Shown: piece by piece, positions 1 through 14,829 of the stretch
Position numbering within the stretch: position 1 is the first letter of the stretch
Layout: every line of letters starts with the position of its first letter
NCBI RefSeq assembly: GCF_009914755.1
Contig: NC_060925.1
DNA length: 64,000 nt
DNA from: the human T2T-CHM13v2.0 reference genome, Homo sapiens
Strand: one strand, 5' to 3'
The notes under the pieces: model-generated
Seen by the model: only the letters and a program-made list of their open reading frames with translations
Database searches by the model: none
Told to the model about the DNA's origin: nothing
Position numbers and translations under genes: made by a program

Positions 1-670
1 TCCTCCTGGCCTTGAGGAAGCACAAAGCTACGATGTGAACTGCCTATCATGAGGGCCACATTGAAGGGAGTGACAAGTGACCTTTAGGGGCTGAGGACAA
101 AGATTCAAATTCTGCCAACAATCACGTCAGCTTGAAGAGGACCCCCGCTTCAGAGGAGAACATAGCTGTATTAGTCCGCTTTCATGCTGCTGATAAAGAC
201 ATACCTAAGACTGGGTAATTTATAAAGAAAAAGAGGTTCAGTGGACTCACAATTCCACATGGCCGGAGAGGCTTCACAATCATGGTGGAAGGTGAAAGGC
301 ATGTATTATATGGTGACAGGCAAGAGAGAACATGTGCAGGGGAACTCCCGTTTATAAACCATCAGATCTCGTGAGACTTATTCACTATCATGAGAACAGC
401 ACAGGAAAAATCTGCCCCCATGATTCAATTACCTCCTACCAGTTCCCTCCCACAACACATGGGGATTCTTACAATTCAAGGTGGGATTTGGGTGGGGACA
501 CAGAGCCAAACCATATCAACAGCCAACTCAGCCTCTTGATACCCTGAGCAGAAAATCCAGCTGAGCTGTACCCAGGCTTCTGACCCACAGAAGCCATGAG
601 ATAAGGAATGGGTGTTGTTTTAAGCCACAAAGTCTGGGATACTTGTTTCCTGGCAGTAGAAACTACGACG
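1..670 (+). mobile_element. MLT1-type MaLR LTR interrupted by a THE1 LTR
   Basis: Typical MLT1 motifs (TTCTGCCAACAA, CTGACCCACAGAA, TGTTGTTTTAAGCCAC) on both sides of the THE1. Confidence 0.75.
167..518 (-). mobile_element. THE1 solo LTR
   Basis: TGTATTAGTCC...CCAAACCATATCA; 5-bp TSD ATAGC/ACAGC. Confidence 0.92.
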
Positions 671-1082
671 GATCCGATGTGTCTCCCCCACCAGATTCCG
701 ATCCATTCAGCCACAAACACTGATTGTGGACCTACTATGTGCCTTGCATTTCCATTAGCCCTGGGGAAATTAAGGCAGTTACACAATACAGTAACCCCAG
801 CACTCCATTCGGTTGATGCAGAGTCACTCAATGAACGTTTGCTGAATGAAGGAGCTGAAAATATCCCACAAAAAATTCACAAGTATTTGCTCATGTCCCA
901 GATGAACTTCTGACAGCTCCCATGTTTTTCCTAAGGCTATCCCATTTATAGTTGTGTGAGGTTTTTTTTTCTATTTCTTGTGTAACAATAATAGTTGTTC
1001 CATATGGGAAAGGATGTATTTAGAAAATGTGTTGGATATTATACAACAGATTCAGAAGTCCTGCCATACAAAAATGTCTTGA

Positions 1083-1446
<364 letters not shown>

Positions 1447-1656
1447 ACCTCCTCTACTTTTTTAATGGAAATACTCGATAATATTTATCATCACCCAGTT
1501 TGGGAAAATTTCTGCTTAAAATCACAAGTCATTAACACCTGGAAACCTCTCATCAGCCAGGAGGGCATCCTTAGCTCTGGCAACTGCAGCCAGAGGGGTG
1601 GGACCAGTTAGGAGCTGAATCCTTAAATCAGTTTCTGATGAAATCCAGGATGCCCC

Positions 1657-1965
<309 letters not shown>

Positions 1966-2062
1966 AAATCCAGGATGCCCATCTCACGCTCCTCTCTCCT
2001 CAGTCAGGTTCATAACCCCATTTTGTTAACTAGGTTCCTTCATTCCTCAGCTTTTGTGTTGC

Positions 2063-2700
2063 TTTTTAACAGCTTTATTAGGGTATAATTTATATGCCAT
2101 AAAATGTTCCCAAGTGTACAATTTCATTTTATCTACAGAATTGTATGTCATCACTCACTAATTTCAGAACATTACCATCTCCCCAAAAACAAACCTTGTA
2201 CCTTTTTACCCTCCTCCTCCTCCCAATTCCTATCCCTAGCCCCAGATCACCACTGATCGACTTTCTGTGACTAGTTCTACTCATTCTGGATATTTCATAT
2301 AAGTGGAATTGTACAACTGGTGTTCTTTTATAGCTGACATTTCTCTAAGCATGTTTTTGGGGTTCACTCCTGTTGTAGCATTCACTAGTACTTGTTTTAT
2401 TGTGAAACAGTAGTCCGTGGTATTGCTAGACCACATTTTATTTAACCATTCATCAGTTGATGAACGTTTGGAATGTTTCCATGTTTGAACTATTATGAAT
2501 AATGCTGCAGTGAATATTCATCGACGAGTGTTTGTGTGGACGTATGTTCTCATTTCTCTGGGTAAATAACTCATAGAATCGCTGAGTCATATGGTAATTT
2601 TATGCTTAACATCTTGAGAAATTACCAAACTGTTTTTGCAAAGTGGCTGTAGCATCTTATATTCGCACCAGCAATACGGGAAAGTTCTAGTTTCTTCACT
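2063..2700 (-). mobile_element. L1M 3'-end fragment
   Basis: Typical antisense L1M motifs (CAGCTTTATT, TTCTGGATATTTCATATAAG, CATTCATCAGTTGATG, CATATGGTAA). Confidence 0.85.
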
Positions 2701-5192
2701 ATACCTCTGTTTCAAACGACTGTCCTGGCCTTCATATCTCTTACTTACTCCTGACCTCTGAATCCTTACCTACCTACCTGAATTTCTCATCTGCAGCTTC
2801 TCCCTGTCCTCTAGAAACTTAAATTTTTGACTTCTTGACAATTTTTTATATAGGAACGACTTTTCCATGCCCCGACCTCAACGGAATGACCTCCCTAACC
2901 TTGGCTCCTCTGCCGCCCATGCCCTATGACAAAAACCCTTCACTATATTTGGATTTTTTTATTTGTTTTTTTATAACAAGACCAAATATAACCTTGTAGA
3001 AACGTACATAGAATTCAAAACTAAGAACTGTGAGCACAGTCAATTTTTTCAGAATGCTTCTGCTTTTTTTTTTTCAAACTACTATTGAGGAATAAAATTA
3101 GGTCTAGGGTTAAACGGCTTAGTATAATGCTGACTTCATGCAATAATTACACCAAAGAGAAAGAAACGAGTTATTATTGGCCATAATTGCTCACCTTTTT
3201 CATATATTGAATCTCTGTCGTCTGCTCACTGAATTCACTCTGCAAAAATTGCTAAGTACTCTTACACTTCTGTTTTTGCTTTGGCCTAATTCAGTAAAAT
3301 GGGCTTTTTAGGGGGTTAATCTCTCTTGGCAAAGCTTTTTGAGTTCCCCATGTGGGATCAATGGCTCCATGCGCCTATGCTGTTTGAACCTTGCAAGTGT
3401 TCTGGCAAATTGGTCAGAGGCTAAGGAAACCAGCATGAGAGCAGGGAGCGCCCCCACTCCATCCCCCTATAAAGGCAGCCATCACGTTTGCATTTATCTG
3501 TGCTACTTGAATCAGGAACAGTATGGACTGTGAGACTCCGGGCCAGGGTGAATGGTGGTACCTCCCCTCCGCCAAGATTCCATAGAGATTTACCCTTCAT
3601 CAAATGATCCATCCCTCTAACTGGGCTGGCAACTGGAGCTAAGTAATGAGGATGGCAGGGAAGGAGAGGCAGGGCTTGCATTGAGTTAGCACCAGAGTGG
3701 GCTGACAGTGAGGGCAATGTAACTACTCCATCTGGAATTGAACCAGGAGCATCCACCTGGTTCTCTAGTGCAGAGAAACTGGAAGGATGTGGTTCTGATC
3801 TAATGTAAACCTCTGGGGAAGCCCCGCTAGGGTAACAGGATCCAGCCAGTGCTATGGGAAGGCTGCCCCCTGCAGCTTCGGGGGAGGTACTTCTTGCATC
3901 GTTCCCACCGCCGCTCTGGGATCAGCCCTCAGGAGGCAGGCCAAGTCATTTTCATCATTTAATGGGTAGGTGGGAAACTTTAGAATAACTCAGTAGGTAA
4001 CACTTTACATTTAAGCATGGCTCTACAGGTTATTTCAGTGGTGGCCAAGGGAATATTTGGGGGCTTCATATTTCTTGATGCAGATTAATGATGCAGAGTC
4101 CGCTGGCACGGCATTGTACAAAGGCTGTGTGTTCACGTGGCCAGCATCAGACTAAGGGGCCTCAGGAGGTGCTGGCGTGGGTTCAGAACCCAAGGGAAGA
4201 AGAGAATGAGCTGGGCAATCCCCAGTCCTTGAGGCTTCCTGGGTGAAAATAGCCCCAGGCTTCAAAAGGTTTTCTTTGTAATCCAGTCTCCCTGGAGGAG
4301 ACCCTCTACAATGCCTCCCTGTCCCCAGATCTCTGATCTGTATGACTCTGGGCTCAGAGCTCAGGCCTGGGAAGCAAGAGTATAAAGCCTTCCAGTACAG
4401 TTTGCCGGCTGGCTTCTTGTGCGCTTGGCCTGGCTTCTTGTGCACTTGGCCGAGCGGCTCTGTCGCATTGAGCCTATTCCTGAAGCTTTGACCAGGCAGA
4501 GCATGTAGGGGCCTTTAAGAAGGGGTATGTGTACCTCATTTGTGACTTCCTTGGCCCCGCGGAGCGGCCCCCCACTCCCCTGGAAGAGAAACAGGAAGAA
4601 TCAGAAATGTGGAGGATGTCTAGACTCATAGAAAAGACCCCCTTCTTGGACTCATTATTTAGTTTGTTAAACCTAAACACCTAACGGATTAAACATTTAT
4701 GTAAGTATTAAGTACTTACTATATACCTAGCACTCTTCTGGACATTGCTGAGTCAAGACAATAAAGAAATAAAGTTTTCCGTGCTACCCAGAAAGCTAAT
4801 GTTCTATCTGTGGAAACCCTTCAGGAGCAACGATGTAACAGACCAGAAAAATGTAACCGATCACTCATGCTCCTCAGCTCTGAGGAATGGGGGAGAGGTT
4901 TGAAGTCCTATTTCATGCATGAGAAGCAATACACTTCTGATTCATTAAGTTCCTCCCTCCTAGGGGTCAGTAAACCCATTTCTCCTAAACTACACAGTGC
5001 TTCCCACACTCTTCCTTTAAGCCCCATGTGTATTTAGGGAAATTTAGCCAAACAATTCCCAATAATGCATAGCGCACTCATCAAAAAGAAATTAAGCAGC
5101 TTTGCTAAAAGCAACTACATTTTCAGGAATCTACTTGTGGCTTTCCCATACACCTCTTTTCTACAAAATGGAAGCATTAGAATACACTAAAA

Positions 5193-5536
<344 letters not shown>

Positions 5537-6150
5537 TTAAAAGAAACAAAGCTAAAATATGTTATAAATCAGGCACATAGCATTCTCAGGCTTTTTTTTA
5601 CTCAAGCTGTCCAGTGTACTTTACCCCTAAGATTGTCACTTTTGAGGATGGAGGAAGAAGGAGAAATTCAGGCATATGAATAGTACCTGAAACAAGAAAC
5701 ATCTTAATAAAGAAAAAAAAGTCTTAATTAAGATAAATATGTTACCAATGCCAGAGGTGGCTAGGAGCTCAGATTCTATTTTCTCAGTCCAACCATTCCT
5801 ATTGATCTAGTCAATTTTCCCCTGAAAATATAGGCTCTTATTCCAAGCAGCAGTGATTTCATGACATAACGTTTCCAATGAATAATTTTAGGTGTGCATC
5901 TCAAAAACTCTGAAGAGACTCTAGAAAATCTACAAGGATTTTTCTTGCTTGGAAAAATAAAATAGAAGGCTGAACAGGAAGGAAGAAAGTGACTGTCATT
6001 CCCCTCACCCCCACCTTGGTTTCCTCATGTATAGCTTGGGGAAGTTGAACTTCATGACGTCTCCCTGCACTTCATCAATGGCCTTGAAGTAAAGTTCTCT
6101 TTCTTACAAATCCAGACAAGTAATCTCTGTCTGCAGGGAGCTCTGCCTAC

Positions 6151-6502
6151 TGATATGGTTTGGCTATGTCCCCACGCAAATCTCATCTTGAATTGTAGCT
6201 CCCATAATTCCCACGTGTTGTGGGAGGGACCCAGTGGAAGATAATAGAATCATGGAGGCGATTTCCCCCGTACTGGACTGTGGTAGTGAATAAGTCTCAC
6301 AAGATCTGATGGTTTTATAAGGGGAAACCCCTTTCTCTTGGCTCTTATTCTCTCTTGTCTGCCGCCATGTAAGACATGCCTTTCATCTTCTGCCGTGATT
6401 GTGAGGCCTCCCCAGCCCATGAAACTGTGAGACCATTAAACCTCTTTTTCTTTATAAATTACCCAGTCTCGGGTATGTCTTTATCAGCAGCAGACTAATA
6501 CA
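6151..6502 (+). mobile_element. THE1 (THE1C-like) solo LTR
   Basis: TGATATGG...CTAATACA; perfect TSD CCTAC. Confidence 0.93.
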
Positions 6503-6507
6503 CCTAC

Positions 6508-7560
6508 ATTCATTCAACCATCATTTGTTGAGCACCTGCTGTTGGCCAAGCTGAATGCTTAGGCACTGAGCATGCAAAGGTAAGAGAGGTCTCGTCCTGC
6601 CCTTGTGAGCTTTCAGCCCAGTGGAGGAAACTGACAGTGGCAGGATCATAGAGGAAGTGTGGTGGTGGAAGGGCGTCAGGGATGCTCAGAGCGCACAGAG
6701 CAGTGGCTGTCTCTGTTCAGCCAAGACTTCAGAAAGGAACTTGCTCTCCAGGGCATTGAGGAGGAAGAACAAGAGGAAGATACAGCCAGGTGAGGAGCTT
6801 AAGCAGCAGGTAGAAAGGCGCAGGTGTGGGAGCTTATGGCACATTTGAGGATTCTGGTAGGTAGTGGCTGGTTCAGATGGACCCTTTATTTCACACGAAG
6901 GAATTTAGGCTTAATCCTAAAGATATTAAGGATCCATTGAAGGGGTTCAGCAGAAAGACCTGATTAAAATAATAGGTCATGGAGGTCACTCTGGCAGCAG
7001 AGTGGGATTTCAGTTGGTTGGGGGAAGGAGATAAGAGTGGGGTAGTAGTGGATTAGTCTGTTCTCATGCTGCTGAGAAAGACATACCTGAGACTGGGTAA
7101 TTTATAAAGAAAAAAAGATTTAATGGACTCACAGTTGCACGTGGCTGGGGAGGCCTCACAATCACGGCAGAAGGCAAAAGGCACATCTTACATGGTGGCA
7201 GACAAGAGAGAATGAGAGCCAAGAGAAAGGGGTTTCCCTTTATAAAACCATCAGATCTCATGAGACTTATTCACTACCATGAGAACAGTATGGGGGAAAC
7301 CATCCCCATGATTCAATTATCTCCCACCAGATCCCTCCCAAAACACGTGGGAATTAAGGGAGCTACCATTCAAGATGAGATTTGGGTGAGGACACAGCCA
7401 AACCATGTCAAAGAGGTAGTCAGGGAACCAGTGAGGAGGCTGTTGCAGTCATCTAAATGACAAGTAACCAGCACTTGAACTAGGTCAGTGGTCATGATTA
7501 AATGGAGGAGGAGACACAATTAAAAGAGTCAGGAGGTAGAATCTTCAAGGACTAGTAACA
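6508..7560 (-). mobile_element. L2 fragment (interrupted by THE1)
   Basis: CATTCATTCAACC...TTGAGCACC 3' end and CCAGTGAGGAGGCTGTTGCAGT motif. Confidence 0.7.
7049..7410 (-). mobile_element. THE1 (THE1C-like) solo LTR
   Basis: Its reverse complement closely matches 6151-6502. Confidence 0.92.
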
Positions 7561-7869
7561 CATCATTGAGGAACCTGGTCGTTCATCTATCCTATGGATA
7601 TTTTTCAAGCCACTGAACAATGCCACTAAATAATTGTCTATGACCTGTCTTTCTGCTAGCCTGAAAGCTTCTGGGATGAGGGGGACAGTGTCTATACCTT
7701 TATTGTCCACCATTATATCTCTAGGCTTTAGTATAGGGCCTGGCACGTAAGAATAAAAATGCATCCCCTTAGGTGAACATTTTGTGGGGGTTGTGAGTCA
7801 TTTCTCTTTTCAGATATTAAGCTTGTCAAACTTTGACAATTCCGATTCTTACCCAAAGCATCCAGGTTA

Positions 7870-8100
7870 GGAGTGGTAGGAAAAAGAGCCCATAACTTGG
7901 AGTTGGGAGATGAATGTGAGTCCCTGTTCTTCTCCTGTGATCTGTGTGACTTGAATAAGTCACTTAACCTCTCAAGCCTTAGTTGTCACATTTGTAAAAT
8001 GAAGACGATATTAGTATTGGACCTCACAGATTATAGTAAGGACTAAAAGAGGTTATCAGTGGCAAGAAGTTAGTGTCTGACACAAAGTAAACACTCAGTA
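7870..8100 (+). mobile_element. MIR
   Basis: MIR core motifs (AAGTCACTTAACCTCTC, TGTAAAATG, ACCTCACAG). Confidence 0.75.
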
Positions 8101-8108
8101 AACTAGAA

Positions 8109-8330
8109 GGATGGAAGGATGGATGGATGGATGGATGGATGGATGGATGGATGGATGGACGGACAGATAAATAGATGGGTAGATGGATGATGGAACAATG
8201 GATGGCTGGGTGGATGGATGGATGGATGGACAGATAAATAGATGGGTAGATGGATGAATGGAACAATGGATGGATGGATGGATATATTAATGGATGGATG
8301 GATGGATGGATGCACTGATGGATGCATGGA
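8109..8330 (+). repeat. (GGAT)n compound microsatellite
   Basis: Direct reading of the sequence; includes a higher-order repeated block. Confidence 0.97.
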
Positions 8331-9559
8331 CAAATGAAAGGAACATGCTGAAAAGGATATGAAGTCATGCTCCTTCTCTAACCAACTTTATTCCCATTTT
8401 GGGGGCTTCTATGTAATAAATTGATTAGTGCTAAAAATTGAAAAGCCATCTGGTCTTGGTTTCTGTGAAAGTCTTATGGCCTGCTGCCATTGAACGCTAA
8501 AGATTTAAAGTTCCTATTTTAGGCTCTGTCTAGACACCTCTCTAAATAGGAACTTTATGTTAATCTGCAGGTGTTGCTTATGAACAGGTTATTTCTAAAT
8601 AGTAGCTGGTACGTTACCAAAAAAAAAGGAAAAAAATCCAAGAGCAAATAATACTTATTGAAACCAAGGTGTCCAATGGGAAAAGTCCTAGTCAATTTGT
8701 CTACTCCTCCCATACCACCTGGTTCCTGCCTATATCCTACCCAATTACTGGTGAATCAGATATTCACAGTGGGCATAATTAATTAAATGCATTTTGACTA
8801 ATTAATTTAAGAACTGGTAAATAGGGCTTCCCTTTGGTAGTTTGAAGACGCAGCTACTGGTGCTACTGATTAAAATGTGAGAGGAATCTGGTTAGAAACC
8901 AGCGTGTAATGGATGAGAACACTTTTGCAACATTTCTTTTAAGGTTTGTCAAACTGCATCCTACTGATATTGCTAACCCCCTTTAATCAGTAAGAATAAA
9001 ATTCTTCTGAGAGCATAAAATACATCTGACAATGGCATACATCAGATCCCAAACTGAACATTCAAAATAAATTGTATCGAGATTTTGTCACAATCATTGA
9101 TTTCTGCTTTTCAAGCTGGTTTCTGGGGCAGCCACATAAAAGTTAAATACAAGCTATCTACGGGCTCATTGGATTGCGGTAATTCATTAAGCCAATAGTG
9201 GCTTTAATAAATCTGAGCATAAAGATTGCTTCCACAGACACCCTCAGCTTGGAAATGTGCCACTAATCAAAGAGGGTGGCAAAACTAATCTCTTTGGCAC
9301 AGAGGGGAGGTGAGAAGTAGCTTTGGAGGGCTGTCGGGGCTGGCTTCCAAGGGTAATATTGTGCTTCAGCAGCAAGATCAGGCTGCTGGGGAGATGGGAG
9401 CCCTTCTGGAACCAGCCCTTCAGCTGCTAGTGGTCAGCACATGGTCATCACAGGCCACTGGTTCTTTGAACAAAGCTGGTTATAGTCTTAAATGTGAGCC
9501 CACTCACTGAGTGATCTTAGGCTCCATTGATTGACTTCCATTGCATTCCCTTCCCAATC

Positions 9560-9960
9560 GTGATAGTGATCATTGCATTCCTGACCATTGACAAAGCTTT
9601 TTCACATCCAGCAACACTTTGAATTTCCTGACAACCCTAGGAGAGGCAAGGCCAAGATATTATCATGCCCATTTCACAGACGAGAAAATGGAAGTTTAGA
9701 AAGCAACATGATTTGCCTGAAGTTCCATGGCTGGCAGAGCTGGGACCCACGGTCTAACTGTCAAAAGTCCAAACCCTGTGTTCAAACTTCCCCTCTATGA
9801 CCTACTAGCTCTGTGTCCTTGGGAAAGTGTTTAACCTTCCCAAACTGCAGTCTTCTCACCCGTACACTGAGGATAATAAGTGTATCTACCCCCTACTTGT
9901 CAGGATATTCAATGAGCTCCTTCGGATTGGACGCATAATGAGCACATAATCCAAGTTTGC
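9560..9960. mobile_element. Two adjacent MIR fragments in opposite orientation
   Basis: CCCATTTCACAGACGAGAAAA (antisense core) followed by CCTTGGGAAAGTGTTTAACCT (sense core). Confidence 0.65.
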
Positions 9961-10889
9961 TATTATTCGTATAGAATATCGGGTCATATCCAAAATTTCC
10001 ATTAATTACTTTCCAGGCCTTACCCAAGAAAAACAAGTTGGATAGGGCCTGGAAAGTAATTAATGGAAGTTTTAAGTTCCATTTCATACGGTAGAGGAAA
10101 ATCTCTCCCCTGCCTTACACTAGCCTTTACCAACTGTGAAGCACCCTTCTTGCTGGCATGTTAAAGGAGCCCGTGATATTTCAGTCCCTTTCAGCTGTGA
10201 CTCATTATTGTAAATAGTGGTGAAATGAGGAGAGGAGAAAAGAATTTAAATACACTAACTGACAGAATTTTTAGGGAAAGTGATACACAAGAAGATAAAA
10301 AGCAATCAGAAAAATTTACATAAACCCTTGTGATCGCAAAGGTCATCTAGTTGAGAGTCTACTAATGGAAATATGTCCTTTTAGATTCTGGGTGATTATT
10401 TAATTGAAAAGGGAAGAATTTAAATGAATCAAGTCTTGGGAGCAGGGTAGATTTATGTCAGCCAAAATTTAAAAATGCATGTTTCTTTGGGAGGAAATGG
10501 GTCCATTCATATACAAGTGAAAGTGTAGGATGGAGTAGTAAATTTGGTCACACTTAGAACTTGACTGAGCACTTGAAAATATACTGATATTAATATGCCT
10601 TATAATTTTTTTAAATCAGCTTCTGGTTACAGCCCTTATTCTATTTAGGAAAGAGGATGGTTTTATAGCCATTAATTTACTTGAACTTTACAATAACCTT
10701 TGGAGATAGGCAGATGAGTATTATCATTACCAGTTTATAAGAATATAATATATACTTCTTGAAGCTGAGGACCAAAACTTTTTGTCCTTTTCTTTTCCCT
10801 ATCCCCAGCACCTGCCTAATAAAAATGTAAGTTGAATATTGTAGCAGAACCCACTAAATGCTCTGTTTGAGATGTCAGTTTTTTCTTAG

Positions 10890-11140
10890 AAGTCAGCACG
10901 GAAGAGAAACGTAGCACTCCAGCTTTACCGTCAGTCCTCCTGGAGTTCAAATCCTGCCTCTGCCACTTAGGGATTTGCCTAAGTGACCCTTGGAACTTAT
11001 TTCTTGAAATCTCAGCTTATAACAGTGTTTATAATACCTACCTCATGGAGTTGTTGTAATAATTAGATTTCTATGAGATAAAATGAGAGGAGAAATGCAA
11101 GGTAGTTAGTACAATTTCTGACACCCATTAATGCCCCCAA
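10890..11140 (+). mobile_element. MIR
   Basis: GTTCAAATCCTGCCTCTGCCACTTA...ATACCTACCTCATGGAGTTGTTG. Confidence 0.75.
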
Positions 11141-11168
11141 ATTGTGGTTTTTCCATATCTCCTGAGTA

Positions 11169-11475
11169 GTCCGGGCGTGGTGGCTCACGCCTGTAATCCC
11201 AGCACTTTGGGAGGCCAAGGTGGGTGGATCATGAAGTCAGGAGATTGAGACCACCCTGGCTAACACGGTGAAACCCCATTTCTACTAAAAATACAAAAAA
11301 GCAGCTGGGCGTGGTGGCGGGCGCCTGTAGTCCCAGCTACTCAGGAGGCTGAGGCAGGAGAATGGCGTGAACCTGGGAGGTGGAGCTTGCGGTGAGCCGA
11401 GATCGCACCACTGCACTGCAGCCTGGGCAACACAGCGAGACTCCGTCTCAAAAAAAAATTAAAAAAAAAAAAAAA
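11169..11475 (+). mobile_element. AluY
   Basis: Diagnostic GGCTAACACGG, GAATGGCGTGAACC, GAGCTTGC. Confidence 0.96.
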
Positions 11476-11924
11476 GAAATGCTACAGTAAGCATACTATT
11501 TGACCACTGCTGAAAAAAAAATTTTTTTAGCATGCCTTAATCATCTGATTCAGAACGAACGGGAACACACTGAGTGGCTGCTGTATTGCTGGGTAAGAAG
11601 CAGCATCCAGGGGGACTCACATGGCAGCCAGGCAGAATGCTTAGCACTCCTGTGAAAAGGCTCTTCTCTAATTTAATGCAATGTGCTGGTATTAATAAGC
11701 GGCAGAGAACCCAGTGTGAGGCTGCCCGCTGCCTTTCATACCGGGTTCATTCACTTTATTATTTTCTAGGACATCATATAGACCTTTTGCCAAGTGGGAG
11801 GGGGGTTGGGGAAATCTGCTCATTTAATTTCTGAGTAAGGGATAATTAGTACCCATTGTCACTCACAGCTACAGGAATCCGACATCTTTTTTGTGGCATA
11901 TTATTTAGGATATTTGCAAATTCA

Positions 11925-12338
<414 letters not shown>

Positions 12339-12679
12339 AGTATATTAATAGCGCAGCCATGTGTAATGACGAATGTGTGGCTGACGTTAGTGGATATGGA
12401 GGGGCTCAGGGTAAGAGGCCTATAGCTGTGAGTTGGACAAGTTGTGTGGTGGGTGAGGATTAGGAGAAAAGGGACTAACATTTAATGGACACCTACTCTG
12501 CTCTGGGTTTTAAGCAGGTTTTATGCTGCTTTATTTATATCTGCTATCTGACTTACTCCTCCCAACCACCCTGTGAAGCCCCTTCTTGCAGTCACCTTTG
12601 ACCTCTGCATTCCAGATTCTTGGTCGATCATTCGATGTCATCAATGTCATCAACCAATGTCATCAATCATCAATGTCAT

Positions 12680-13937
12680 CGCTTACTCAGCCTATTAGAA
12701 AGTTTTAACAGGGCCTCCTTCAAACACTTTCTCTCCACGGCTTTCGGGACACCACTTCTCTCACTGCTCCTTCTCGGTCTTTTTTGCTTGTGTCTCCTTA
12801 TGACCTTGACCTCTAAATATTGGGAGACTCAGTCCCTGGGCCTTTCCCTTCTCTTTCAACATGGATTTGTTAGATTTCATCCACTCTTGGGCCTCTGGAT
12901 AACATCTACATGCTGACACCTTCCAAATTCATATTTCCAGCTCAAACCCCTCCCCTGAACTCCAAGCTTGTGTATCCAACTGTCCACCTGATATTGCCAT
13001 TTGGATGTCTAACACGCATCTCAAAATCAGCATACACTCTATCCCCAAACCTGCTCCTCCCACCGCCTTCCGCATTCGGGAAATGAATATTTCATTCTTC
13101 CACTTGCTTAAATACAAGCATTCAGGTCATCCTTTTCTCCTCTTTCTCTCACATGTGTTGCATTTAGCCTGTCAGCAAAACCTGTGGCTCCACCTTCAAT
13201 ACTGATCTAGAATCCATTCACCTTTCCATACTCTACCTCTCGACTCCATCACCACCTTTTAAACCACCGTGGTACCCTGCTAGATATGGCAACAGCTGCC
13301 TACATGGTTTCCTGCCTTCACTTTTGTCTCTGGACAGCCTTTGCCACACAGCGTGCCAAAGCATAAATCATCTCGTGTCGTTCCTCTACTCAACACCGGT
13401 CAGTGTCCCCCATCTCACTCAGAATAAGAGCCAAAGTCCCTACAAGACCTCACAGTCCCCAAGGGGACCTGATCGGGTCCTACTTCTCTCTGGCCTCATC
13501 TGCTGCCCACACCTCCCTTCATTCCACTCCATGCCTGCCCCACTGTTTCTCAGACAAGTCAGGGCCTCTCATATCTCTGAGCCTTTGCCCTCCCTAGAAA
13601 TCTCCCTGGCTTGTTCCTGTGTGTGATTCAGGTCTCTACTCAATGTCACCTTACTGGATAAGTCAGGTTCCCCAACCATCTCATATAAAATAGAAGCCAA
13701 ATGTCATCCCCAGTTCTCCTTCTCCCCCTTCGTCCTTTAGTTCCTGTTCCCCTCTCTTTCCCCTTCCCACACATTATATACTTACATTCGTATGTAGGCA
13801 TGTCTACCTCGTACCACCCAGACTAGAATGTAAGCTCCAAAAGGGCAGGGACTTTGCCTATTTTTTTTTCACTGCTGTATTTACAACCCCTAGAATAGCA
13901 TCTGACATGTATTAGGTGTTCAGTACCTATCTGTTAG
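12680..13937 (+). mobile_element. L2 (L2a-like) 3' portion, ~1.2 kb
   Basis: L2 motifs CCCCTGAACTCCAAG, TTGGATGTCTAA, ACTAGAATGTAAGCTCC, GGGCAGGGACT. Confidence 0.85.
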
Positions 13938-14829
13938 TACAGATCACAACATCCCTATTTTACAAGCAAAAAAAACCTAAAGTTTAGAGAGGTCAATAAC
14001 TTTCCCAGAATTCCATGGAATCTGTTGACTTTCTAGATCAAATGACAGGAACCCCAGCCAGGTCTGCCTGACTCCAAGTCCTGTGTTCTCACCACCTCCT
14101 CCAGAAAACGCTAAGGATTTGCCATCTTAAAGTGGGCATCAAGAAGAGCTTCTTGGTGTGGAGCAAAATCAGTTTTGGGCAGGTCACTTCCCAATTTTAG
14201 CTTGTCTCTTCCTCTACACAATGAGAGGGCTGAACTGGGAGACTTTTAGAGACCGACTCTTCAGCTTGAAAACCTGGGAATTTTTCATTCCATCTCACAC
14301 AAACCCTGATGGCACTTTGGGTCAGTTGATCCATGTTGCAAAGGTGGTTCTCAGACAACAGGATGAGACTGTCCTTTACAAACACTTGTTCCCAAATCTG
14401 GGACATGTGGATGGGCACTGGAGGAATGGAACCTTCAGGTGGGGCTCATCCCCTTCAGCAATTCTGCTCAGCAGGAAGGGGTGGGAAGCACCACTAACCT
14501 AGACTTGGAAAAGAGATTTGAGACTCTTGTATTGTGAACTGGTCTCCAAGGTTGTTTTAATCTTAAGAATTTTCTTGATGAGAGAAATAAAACATAATTT
14601 TCATTTTTAATGGATCTTTATTATGTGAAGTTAAAAGAATCAATGAATGACATATCTTCACTCAAAAACACGCTCTTAAAGGGGCACAGAATCAAGCTCT
14701 TCCTGGCATGAATGTTGATTTGTCTGTCTCAGCCACTAGACCATGAGCACCGTTAGGGCAGAGACTGGGCCTCCTCCATCCCTGCAGCCCCATCACATAA
14801 TATACTGCCCAGGAGAAAGCAGAGAGGTG

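Noticed and set aside
8024-8368. His/Pro/Ser/Ile-repeat ORFs
   Set aside because: Translation of the (GGAT)n microsatellite.
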